Source: Octopus bimaculoides (lineage: Eukaryota). Taken from it: a stretch of DNA of 64,000 nt. Location of the stretch: assembly GCF_001194135.2 (NCBI RefSeq), contig NC_069000.1, positions 569,657 through 633,656 of the forward strand, written 5' to 3'. Below the pieces are notes generated by a model that ran no database searches, was not told where the DNA came from, and saw nothing but the letters and a program-made list of their open reading frames with translations. The translations under genes and the position numbers were made by a program. Of the stretch, positions 1 through 11,289 are shown piece by piece. How positions within the stretch are numbered: position 1 is the first letter of the stretch; the number at the start of each line of letters is the position of its first letter.

Positions 1-2925
1 CTGGAAAGAGAAAGGGAGACAGAGAAGGAAAGAAAGAGAAAGAGAGAGGAGAGAGAGAAGGATAGAAAGTGAAAGAGCGAGAGAGAGAAAAAAAGGAGAG
101 AAAGAAAAGGACAGAGAGAAGGAAAGAGAAAGAGCGAGAGAGCAGGAGAGAAAGAAAAGAAAGTGAAAGAGCGAGAGAAAGAAAAAGGGAGACAGAGAGG
201 AGAGAAAGAAAGAAAGAGGGAGACAGAGAGAAGGAAGAAAAGAAAAAGCGAGAGAAAAAGAAAGAAAGTGAAAGTGCGAGAGAGAGAGAGAAAGAAAAAG
301 GGAGACAGAGAGGAGAGAAAGAAAAAGGGAGACAGAGAGGAGAGAAAGAAAAAGGGAGACAGAGAGGAGAGAAAGCGCGAGAGGGAGAAGGAGAGATAGA
401 GAGCGAGAGAGAAGGAAAAAGAGAAAGAGCGAGAGAGAGAAAGAAAAGGGAGACAGAGAGGAGAGAAAGAAAGAGAAAGTGCGAGAGAGAGAGTAAAGAA
501 AAGGAGAGACAGAGAGAAGGAAAGAAAGAGAAAGAGCGAGAGAGAGAGAAAGAAAAAGGGAGAGAGAGGAGAGAAAGAAAAAGGGAGACAGAGAGAAGGA
601 AAAAGAGAAAGAGCGAGAGAGAGAAAGGAAAAGGGAGATAGAGAGAAGGAAAAAGAAAGAGCGAGAGAGAGAGAGAGAGAGAGAGAAAGAAAAAGGGAGA
701 AGGAGAGACACAGGAAAGAAAGGGAAAGGGAGACAGAGAGAAGGAAAGAAAAAGTGAGAGAGAAAGAAAGAAAGAGAGAAAGAGCGAGAGAGAAGGAAAG
801 AGAGAAAGAAGGAAAAAAGAAAGAGAAAGAGCGAGAGAGAGAAAGAAAGAGACAGAGAGAAGGAAAGAAAGAGAAAGAGCGAGAGAGAGAAAGAAAAAGG
901 GAGACAGAGCGAGAGAGAGAAAGAAAAAGGGAGACAGAAGGAAAGAAAGATNNNNNNNNNNNNNNNNNNNNNNNNNNNNNNNNNNNNNNNNNNNNNNNNN
1001 NNNNNNNNNNNNNNNNNNNNNNNNNNNNNNNNNNNNNNNNNNNNNNNNNNNNNNNNNNNNNNNNNNNNNNNNNNNNNNNNNNNNNNNNNNNNNNNNNNNN
1101 NNNNNNNNNNNNNNNNNNNNNNNNNNNNNNNNNNNNNNNNNNNNNNNNNNNNNNNNNNNNNNNNNNNNNNNNNNNNNNNGAGAAAGAAAAAGGGAGACAG
1201 AAGGAAAGAAAGATAAAGGGAGACAGAGAGAAGGAGCGAGAGAAAGAAAAAGGGAGACAGAGAGGAGAGAAAGATAAAGGGAGACAGAGAGAATGAAAGA
1301 AAGTGAAAGTGCGAGAGAAAGAGAAAGAAAAGGAGAGACAGAGAAGGAAAGAAAGAGAGAAAGAGCGAGAAGGAAAAAGGGAGACAGAGCGAGAGAGAGA
1401 AAGAAAAAGGGAGACAGAAGGAAAGAAAGATAAAGGGAGACAGAGAGAAGGAGCGAGAGAAAGAAAAAGGGAGACAGAGAGGAGAGGAAGAGAGAGTGCG
1501 AGAGAGAAGGAATGAAAGAGAAAGAGCGAGAGAGAGAAAGAAAGAAAGAAAGAGCGAGAGAAAGATAAAGGCAGACAGAGAGAAGGAACAAAAGAAAGAA
1601 AAAGGGAGACAGAGAGAAGGAAAGAAAGAGAGAGCGAGAGAGAAGGAAAGAAAGGGAAAGAGCGAGAGAGAGAGAAAGAAAAAGGGAGACAGAGAGGAGA
1701 GAAAGAAAGAGAAAGAGCGAGAGAGAGAGAAGGAAATAAAGAGAAAGGGAGACAGAGAGAAGGAAAGAAAGAAAGTGAAAGTGCGAGAGAAAGAGAAAGA
1801 AAAGGAGAAAGAGCGAGAGAGAGAAGGAAAAAGGGAGACAGAGCGAGAGAGAAGGAAAGAAAGGAAGAGAGAGAGAAGGAAAGAAAATGCGAGAGAGAGA
1901 GAGAAGGATAGAAAGAGACACACCGAGAGAAAGAGCGAGAGAGGGAGAAGGAAATAAAGAGAAAGGGAGACATAGAGAAGGAAAGAAAGAAAGTGAAAGT
2001 GCGAGAGAGAGAGAAGGAAAGAAAGAGAGACAGAGCGAGACAGAGAGAAGGAAAGAGCGAGAGAGAGAAAGATAAAGTGAGACAGAGAGAAGGAAAGAAA
2101 GAGAAAGAAAAAGGGAGACAGAGAGGAGAGAAAGATAAAGGGAGACAGAGAGAAAGAGAAAGAGAAGGAAAGAAAGAGCGAGAGAGAGGAGAGAGAAAGA
2201 AAGAGGGAGACAGAGAGAAGGAAAAAAAGAAAGAGAAAGAGCATGAGAGAGCGAGAGGAGAGAAAGAAAAAGGTAGACAGAGAGGAGAAAGAGCAAGAGA
2301 GAGAAGGAAATAAAGAGAAAGGGAGACGAGAGAAAGAAAGTGAAAGTGCAAGAGACAGAAGGAAAGAAAGAGAGAAAGAGCGAGAGAGAGAGGAGAGAAA
2401 GAAAAAGGGAGACAGAGAGAAGGAAAAGAGAAAGAGCGAGAGAGACAGAGAGGAGAGAAAGAAAGAGAAAGAAAAAGGGAGACAGAGAGAAGGAAAAAGA
2501 AAGAGCGAGAGAGAGAGAAGGAAAGAAAGAAAGTGAGAGAGAGAAGGAAAAAGAGAAAGAGCTAGAGAGAGAAGGAAAGAAAGAAAGGGAGACAGAGAGA
2601 GAAAGAAAAAGGGAGACAGAGAGAAGGAAAGAATGAGCGAGAGAGATAAAGGGAGAGAGAGAGAAGGAAAGAAAGAAAGTGAAAGTGCGAGAGAGAGAGA
2701 GAAAGAAAAAGGGAGACAGAGAGGAGAGAAAGCGCGAGAGGGAGAAGGAGAGACAGAGAGCGAGAGAGAAGGAAAAAGAGAAAGTGCGAGAGAGAGAGTA
2801 AAGAAAAGGAGAGACAGAGAGAAGGAAAGAAAGAGAAAGAGCGAGAGAGACAAAGAAAAAGGGAGACAGAGCGAGAGAGAGAAAGAAAAGGGGAGACAGA
2901 GAGGAGAGACAGAGAGAAGGAAAGA

Positions 2926-2958
<33 letters not shown>

Positions 2959-5900
2959 AAAGGGAGACAGAGAGGAGAGAAAGAAAGAGAAGGAAAAGGA
3001 GAGACAGAGAGAAGGAAAGAAAGAGAAAGAGCGAGAGAGAGAAGGAAAGAAAGAGAAAGAGCGAGAGAGAGAGAAGGAAAAAGAGAAAGAGCGAGAGAGA
3101 GAAAGAAGGAAAGAAAGAAAGTGAAAGTGCGAGCGAGAGAGAGAGAGAAGGAAAGAAAGAGCGAGAGAGAGAGAAGGAAAGAAAGAGAAAGGGAGACAGA
3201 GAGGAGAGAAAGAAAAAGGGAGAGAGACAGAGAGAAGGAAAGAGAAAGAGCGAGAGAGAGAAAGAAAAAGGGAGACAGAGAGGAGAGAGAGAGAGAAGGA
3301 AAGAAAGAGAAAGAGCGAGAGAGAGAGAATGAAAGAAAGAAAGAGAGAGAGAGAAGGAAAGAAAGAGGAAGGGAGACAGAGAGAAGGAACGAAAGAAAAA
3401 GGGAGAGAGAGGAGAGAAAGAAAAAGGGAGACAGAGAGAAGGAAAAGAGAAAGAGCGAGAGAGACAGAGAGGAGAGAAAGAAAGAGAAAGAAAAAGGGAG
3501 ACAGAGAGAAGGAAAAAGAAAGAGCGAGAGAGAGAGAAGGAAAGAAAGAAAGTGAGAGAGAGAAGGAAAGAGAAAGAGCGAGAAAGAAAAGGAGAGAGAG
3601 AGAGAGAAGGAAAGAAAGAGAAAGAGCGAGAGAGAATGAAAGAAAGAAAGAGAAAGAGCGAGAGAGAATGAATGAAAGAAAGAAAGAGCGAGAGAGAGAA
3701 AGAAAATGGGAGACAGAAAGAAGGAAAGAAAGAGAAAGAGCGAGAGAGAGAAGGAAAGAAAGAAAGAAAGAGCGAGAGAGAAGGAGAGAGAAAGAAAAAG
3801 GGAGACAGAGATAAGGAAAAAAAGAAAGAGAAAGAGCGAGAGAGAGTAAAGAAAAGGAGAGACAGAGAGAAGGAAAGAAAGAGAAAGAGCATGAGAGAGA
3901 GGAGAGAAAGAGCGGGAGAGACAGAGAGGAGAGAAAGAAAGAGGGAGACAGAGAGAAGGAAAAAGAGAAAGAGCGAGAGAGAGAGAAAGAAAAAGGCAGA
4001 CAGAGAGAGAGAGAGAGAGAAAGAAAAAGGGAGGAGAGAAAGAGCGAGAGAAAGGGAGACAGAGAGAAGGAAAGAGCATGAGAGAGAGGAGAGAAAGAAA
4101 GAGAAAGAGCGGGAGAGACAGAGAGGAGAGAAAGAAAGAGGGAGACAGAGAGAAGGAAAAAGAGAAAGAGCGAGAGAGAGAGAAAGAAAAAGGCAGACAG
4201 AGAGAGAGAGAGAGAAAGAAAAAGGGAGGAGAGAAAGGGAGACAGAGAGAAGGAAAGAAAGAGAAAGAGAGACAGAGCGAGAAAGAAAAGGGGAGACATA
4301 GAGGAGAGACAGAGAGAAGGAAAGAAAGAGAAAGAGCGAGAGAGAGAGAAAGAAAAAGGGAGACAGAGAGAAGGAAAGAAAGAGAAAGGGAGACAGAGAG
4401 AGAGAAAGAAAAAGGGAGACAGAGAGAAGGAAAGAAAGAGGAAGGGAGACAGAGAGAAGGAACGAAAGAAAGATCGAGAGAAAGAAAAAGGGAGACAGAG
4501 AGAAGGAAAGAAAGAGACAGAGCGAGAGAGAGAAGGAAAAAAAGAAAGAGAAAGAGAGAGAAAGAAAAAGGGAGACAGAGAGAAGGAAAGAAAGAGAAAG
4601 AGCGAGAGAAGGAAAGAAAGAGAAAGAGCGAGAAAGAGAGAAAGAAAAAGGGAGACAGAGAGGAGAGAAAGAAAGAAAGAGCGGGAAAGAAAAAGAGAGA
4701 CAAAGAGCGAGAGAGAGAAAGAAAAAGGGAGACAGAGAGAAGGAAAGAAAGAAAGAAAAAGGGAACAGAGAGAAGGAAAGAAAGAGAAAGAGCGAGAGAG
4801 AGATAGAAAAAGGGAGACAGAGAGGAGAGAAAGAAAAAGGGAGACAGAGAGAAGGAGCGAGAGAGAGAAAGAAAGTGAAAGTGCGAGAGAGAGGGAAAGA
4901 AAAAGGGAGACAGAGAGAAGGAAAAAAAGAAAGAGAAAGAGCGAGAGAGAGAGAGTAAAGAAAAGGAAAGAGCGAGAGAGAAGGAAAGAAAGAAAGAGAG
5001 CGAGAGAGAGAAAGAAAAAGGGAGACAGAGAGAAGGAAAGAAAAAGGGAGAGAAAGAGCGAGAGAGAGAAAGAAAGAGAAAGAGCATGAGAGAGAGAGAG
5101 GAGAGAAAGAAAGAGAAAGAGTGAGAGAGAAAGAAAAAGAAAAAGGGAGACAGAGAGAAGGAAAAAGAGAAAGAGCGAGAGAGAGAGAGAAAGAAAAAGG
5201 GAGACAGAGAGAAGGAAAGAAAGAGAAAGAGCGATTGAGAGAAGGAAAGAAAGAGAAAGAGCGAGAGAGAGAAGGAAAGAAAGAGAAAGAGCGAGAGAGC
5301 GAGAGAAAGAAAAAGGGAGACAGAGAAAGAAAGAGAAAGGGAGACAGAGAGGAGAGAAAGAAAGAGCGAGTGAGAGAGAAGGAAAGAAAGAGAAAGGGAG
5401 AGAGAGAGAAGGAAAGAAAGAGCGAGAGAGAGAGAAAGATAAAGGGAGACAGAGAGAAGGAAAGAAAGAGGAAGGGAGACAGAGAGAAGGAAAGAAAGAG
5501 GAAGGGAGACAGAGAGAAGGAAAGAAAGAGGAAGGGAGACAGAGACAGTTCTTNNNNNNNNNNACAGAGAGGAGAGAAAGAAAGAGCGAGTGAGAGAGAA
5601 GGAAAAAGAGAAAGAACGAGAGAGCAAGGGAGAGAGAGAAATATAAAGGGAGACAGAGAGAAGGAAAGAAAGAGGAAGGGAGACAGAGACAGTTCTTTCT
5701 CTTTTTCCTTCTCTCTCACTCGCTCTTTCTCTTTCTTTCTCTCCTCTCTGTCTCCCTTTCTCTTTCCTTCTCTCTGTCTCCCTTTCTCTTTCCTTCTCTC
5801 TGTCTCCCTTTTTCTTTCTCTCGCTCTTTCTCTTTCATTCCTTCTCTCTCTCGCTCTTTCTCTTTCTTTCCTTCTCTCACTCGCTCTTTCTCTTTCTTTC

Positions 5901-7503
5901 CTTCTCTCTCTCGCTCTTTCTCTCCTTCTCTCTGTCTCCCTTTTTCTCTCTCTCTCTCTCGCTTTCTCTTTTTCCTTCTCTCCCTTTCTCTTTCTTTCCT
6001 TCTCTCTCTTTCTCTTTCTCTCCTTCTCTCTCTCTCGCTCTTTCTCTTTCTCTCGCTCTTTTTTTTCCTTCTCTCTGTCTCCCTTTTCTTTCTCTTTCTT
6101 TCCTTCTCTCTCTCGCTCTTTCTCTTTCTTTCCTTCTCTCACTCGCTCTTTCTCTTTCTTTCCTTCTCTCTCTCGCTCTTTCTCTCTGTCTCCCTTTTTC
6201 TTTCTCTCTGTCTCTCTCGCTCTTTCACTTTCTTTCTCTCCTCTCTCTCTCTCATGCTCTTTCTCTTTCTTTCTCTCTCGCTCTTTCTCTCCTCTCTGTC
6301 TCCCTTTTTCTTTCTCTCTCTCGCTCTCTTTCTTTCTTTCCTTCTGGAAAGAGAAAGGGAGACAGAGAAGGAAAGAAAGAGAAAGAGAGAGGAGAGAGAG
6401 AAGGATAGAAAGTGAAAGAGCGAGAGAGAGAAAAAAAGGAGAGAAAGAAAAGGACAGAGAGAAGGAAAGAGAAAGAGCGAGAGAGCAGGAGAGAAAGAAA
6501 AGAAAGTGAAAGAGCGAGAGAAAGAAAAAGGGAGACAGAGAGAAGGAAAGAAAGAGAAAGAAAAAGGGAGAAGGAGAGAAAGAGCGAGAGAGAGAAAGAA
6601 AAAGAGAGACAGAGAGAAGGAGAGAAAGAAAAGGAGTGACAGAGAGAAGGAAATAAAGAGAAAGGGAGACAGAGAGAAGGAAAGAAAGAGCGAGAGAGAG
6701 AGAAAGAAAAAGGGAGACAGAGAAGGATAAAGAGAAAGAGCGAGAGAGAGTAGGAAAGAAAGAGAAAGGGAGACAGAGAGAGCGAGAGAGAGAAAGAAAA
6801 TGGGAGACAGAGAGAAGGAAAGAGCGAGAGAGAGAAAGAAAGAGAAAGTGTGAGAGAGAGAAAGAAGGAGAAAGAGAGAAGGAGCGAGAGAGCAGGAGAG
6901 AAAGAAAAGAAAGTGAAAGAGAGAAGGAGAGACAGAGAAAGAGAAAGAAAAAGGGAAGCAGAGTGAAAGAAAAGGAGAGAAAGAGAGAAAGAGAGAAGGA
7001 AAGAAAGAGAAAGAGCGAGAGAGAAAAAAGCGAGACAGAGAGAAGGAAAGAAAGTGAAAGAGCGAGAGAGAGAAGGAGAGAAAGAAAAGGAAGAAAGAGC
7101 GAGAGAGAGAGAAGGAAAGAGAAAGAAAAGGAGTGACAAAGAAAAGAAAGAGAAAGAGCGAGAGAGAGAAAGAAAAAGGGAGACAGAGAGAAGGAAAGAG
7201 AAAGAAAAAGGGAGAGAGAGCGAGAGAGAGAAAGAAAAAGGGAGACAGAGAGAAGGAAAGAAAGAGAAAGAAAATGGGAGACAGAGAGAAAGAGCGAGAA
7301 AGAAAAAGGGAGACAGAGAGGAGAGAAAGAGCGAGAGCGAGAAAGAAAAAGGGAGACAGAGAGAAGAGAAAGAAAGAGAAAAGGAGAGACAGAGAGAAGG
7401 AAAGAAAGTGAAAGAGCGAGAGAGAGAAGGAAAAAGAGAGACAGAGAGAAGGTAAGAAAAAAAAGAGAGACAGGTAGCGAAAGAGAAAGAGCGAGCGAGA
7501 GAT
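1..7503. repeat. Complex GA-rich (polypurine/polypyrimidine) satellite
   Basis: Almost only A and G on +. Built from shuffled motifs such as aaaaagggagacagagag, aaggaaagaaagagaaag and gagcgagag. Contains gaps at 952-1179 and 5554-5563. Confidence 0.95.
5693..6343 (-). repeat. Inverted (pyrimidine-on-plus) block of the same GA satellite
   Basis: Sharp switch to ctctctgtctccc/ttcctt motifs, which are the reverse complement of the flanking units. Switches back at 6344. Confidence 0.9.
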
Positions 7504-9228
7504 AACTGGCATGTTTTCTGAAGGGAGGGGTTTCCCTGTCGTCTGCTACAGATCAAAGCTGTCCCTGACTAACGTCCTTTCCCTCTTTCCTTGCGGAAAT
7601 TGCTGAAGCGAAAAGGAGGATTAGTATCGAAAGATCGCCATTTTAATCAATATATAACGAAGTCTCTCTCTCTCTCTCTCTCCTAAAATATTAGCTGATC
7701 ACATTTCAAACTAACCGTTCCTTCCGTGCCCTCCACTTCTGACTCACACAGAACCCTTGAAGGTCTTGTTATCTTCTATTCTGCAGGTAACGAAAAGAGT
7801 TCTTCGTAAAGGGAGGTAATTTCTTCAGATCTTTGCCATATTTCAGATCTCAATTGTGTGTGTGTGTGTGTGTACATATATGTGTGTGAGGATTGTGAAT
7901 TTCAAATCAAGTTTTTGGGGAATTCTGATTTTTGGAAATGAAAATCACGGAGGGAGGCAACAGAGACTAAACAAATTTTTTTTTTAATTGAAAATTAGAT
8001 GCTATAAAATTTATAACCTGAATTTGATTATTGAATGCATTTTTTTTTTAAATTATGAATTTAGTTTGGAGATTTTTAATTTTGTTATATGAAAAAAACT
8101 CAGTTACAATAGATTTAAAAACTTGCAATGAAATTCTAGTCCACATATATAAATACATGCATGTGTGTGTGTGTGTGTGTATACTCTCCAGTTCAGCCAT
8201 CTTTTGCACCCATCAAATATAATCGTTATGGAAGAAAAGTCATTGACTACTTTCCTACTAATTCCACTTTTGCTAACTTGAAACTTATCACAAATCTTCT
8301 AATCTTGTTTCTAATTAATTTAACTAATTAAATAACAGAGATTCTCTGCTTCTTCTTCTGCCTACTTTAACCAATCCTTCTTTTATTAATACCAGAACTG
8401 TGTGGGGCTTCGAAATTATTCAGGTTTTATTTTCCCCTTTTACCAAATTCTGCTCTGCTTTCTCATATCTGAAGGAGAAGGGTTCTAAACTAGCAGACAA
8501 TATTCTTTATTAACTTTTGTCCTCATATTTACAGAAAATCTGGCTTGAAGAGAACTTCTTTTTACAAATTTTCCCCTTTTTTCCCTAATTTTCCCAGTTT
8601 TATCATTTAAAGAAAATAATTGAAGATTGATCAAAGACTGAACAAGTGAAACGGCATAAACAATAGCTTCTTCACTTTATCAGTTTTTCCTAATGTTAGA
8701 GACAAATCATAATTGAATAACTGAGGTAATCTCCTTTTACGATGATGTTTAGTCTCAGACCAACCTTCACTCCAGCCATGATCACCCATCAGGATGTGTC
8801 TTGGAATACATAACACAATGTCAGAGAAAGGAAGTGATGTTTGTTTAGTCATCACAAAGGTAACCCCTTCCCCCCCCCACATTTTTATGTTCATAAACAA
8901 TGGGCTTCTTTTAGTTTCCATCTACCAAAGACTTTGGTCACCCCAGGGCTTTAGAAGAAGACAGTTGCACAAGGTGCTGCAATGTGGGACTGAACCCAAG
9001 ATCACAGGGTTAGAAGCAGACACACTTGCACCTTATATAATATTATTATTATTATTTACTTGGATCATTCAGAGTAAATAACAGGAGAAGTAAATGTAAA
9101 ATGTTTGAGCAAATCTTCAAAAACCCATTCTGGATCAGGTGAAGCCAGCAAGGGAGGAGGCCTCCACGGGTTGACACCATCTGTTAGAAATAGCACCCAA
9201 ATCTACCTCAAATCACATCCTGCTGACT

Positions 9229-9450
9229 TCATTGTCGTTTAACGTCCGCTTTCCATGCTAGCATGGGTCGGACGATTTGACTGAGGACTGGTGAAACCAG
9301 ATGGCTGCACCAGGCTCCAATCTGATTTGGCAGAGTTTCTACAGCTGGATGTCCTTCCTAACGCCAACCACTCTGAGAGTACAGTGGGTGCTTTTACGTG
9401 CCACCTGCACAGGAGCCAGTCCAAGGGCACTGGCAACGATCTCGCTCAAA
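9229..9450 (-). mobile_element. 5'-truncated RTE-type LINE 3' end (or RTE-tail SINE)
   Basis: Reverse complement of ...ccaacccatgctagcatggaaagcggacgttaaacga, the same tail as the long copy ending at 13235. Other copies lie near 10172-10262(-), 26455-26660(+), 39730-39890(-), 48770-48950(+) and 55370-55480(-). Confidence 0.8.
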
Positions 9451-11289
9451 AGTCTTAATAAAGGATATTTTGAGATCCTGGATTCCAAGTAGAAAGGTCA
9501 CTTTAAATAATGTACTCCAAGGTACACTTTTGTTGAAAAAAACTGATGGGATGGTCATGGCTTGAATGCACTTTGATCACAGACTTACTCAATCAGTAAT
9601 GACAATGAACCATGTGCTCTGAAGCCTTTTCTCTTTCAAACCTGATTTACAAGACATTATTTCATCCTTGAATTGTGCTGCTCGTTAAACTAATTAGCAT
9701 CTTGGTTAATGTTAAGTTCCTAATCCACAGTTTTGTTTCTTAAATGTTGTTATAATGTTAATTTATTCATTGTTTGTTAATTTTGTACAAATACGCTCCA
9801 CAATGGTTGGTTGAGGCAAATAGTAAGTCTCACTTATAACAGTTTCTATTCTAATAGAAAACAATTGTTTTTATAATCCTACGTTCACCTTAGCTTACAG
9901 TAAAATGAAGGCTTGTGATGGTGGCAGAATTTTGTTTGCTGGCCTCTTATCAATCACTTGTCCTCCTATCTACATGTGTAATGATAAATGGCTTTTCATT
10001 TGTGTTTAATCTTTCAACCATCACACTATTTACTTCACCCCTCTTCAACAATTACCTCACTCTCACTTTTTACTCTTCTGTCGTCATCCCATTATCTCAT
10101 AATGTTTATGTAATGGAGATAACATTGCCACTTAGCCAAGCCAGACCCTGTGTGTGTTTGTCTACACACATCATCATTGTTTAACGTCCGCTTTCCATGC
10201 TAGCATGGGTTGGACGATTTGACTGAGGACTGGCGAGCCAGGAGGCTACACCAGGCTCCAAATCTTGCGAATCACTGCTTCACAGTATTTTTGACATCAA
10301 GAGTAACAAGGAAGTATTTGAAACATGTTACTGAACAAATATTGCAAGGAACTTTACTCTCTTCTATTTCTTTTTCTCAATTATGCTTACATCCTCTGAA
10401 TAAGAACTGATTTGGATCAGGGCAGTCCATACCAGCATGGAAGGTGGACAGAAAATGACAATTTTTATACATACATTTACACACACACACAATTTACTGT
10501 GTTTTTTTTTTGTTTTTTTGGCATATTCTGTGTGAATAGAAAATGGAGAGCAGACCAAATTGTTAGCTGAGCAGCATTTCGTCCTTACGTTGTGTTCAAA
10601 TGTTGTTGACTTTGCTTTCATCTTTTCAGGGTCAATAAAATAAAGTACCAGTTGAATGCTGGGGACTGACACAGTCAACCAACGATTCCCTCTAAGATTG
10701 CTGACCTTGTGACAAAATTTGAAACCATTATTTTCTATTTTTTTTCTTTTTTGATTTACATAATTTTTTTTTTTTTCCCCTATATTTTAGAGTACCATAA
10801 ACGTACTTTATGGACGACTCTGCCCGGTGGCCTCTACATCTGGATTACATTTGGAATGTTGCTGATGGCTGAACTTCTACATAAAAGATAACAATAACTG
10901 GTGTTTTAGTTGACGACTGGTTAAATTAGTGGGCTGGGGTTAATTGTTGTTGTTAATTAAAACAAAACGACTTTGATTTCTCAAATTTTGTTCGAGTTGT
11001 TTATTTTTTTGGTGGTGTTGTTGTTTAACCCTAGGTCACCCCTGATCCAACAGATTTGGTCATTACAGGTGCAACCAATGAGAATGCTTCTAGATGATGA
11101 CTCAATCTGCTAGAAATAGCAACCAAATCTTCCTATCACACCTAGAGTCTTTAAAAAAAGGATACTTTGGAGACTGTAGTCTAAGATAGGTGGGATTGAT
11201 ATAAACAACAGGTATCTTGACCGCCCCCCCCCTCCCTTGTTATTTTGATTAAACCAGAATTGAGACATCATTGGTGAGAAATGGATTAG

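Noticed and set aside
69-7556. Long ORFs (up to 1021 aa) of E/R/K or L/S/F
   Set aside because: They are a by-product of stop-free GA/CT low-complexity sequence, with no domain content.
10809-10871. 20-aa sORF MDDSARWPLHLDYIWNVADG*
   Set aside because: Too short to support, and unrecognised. The overlapping frame gives a more coherent exon model.
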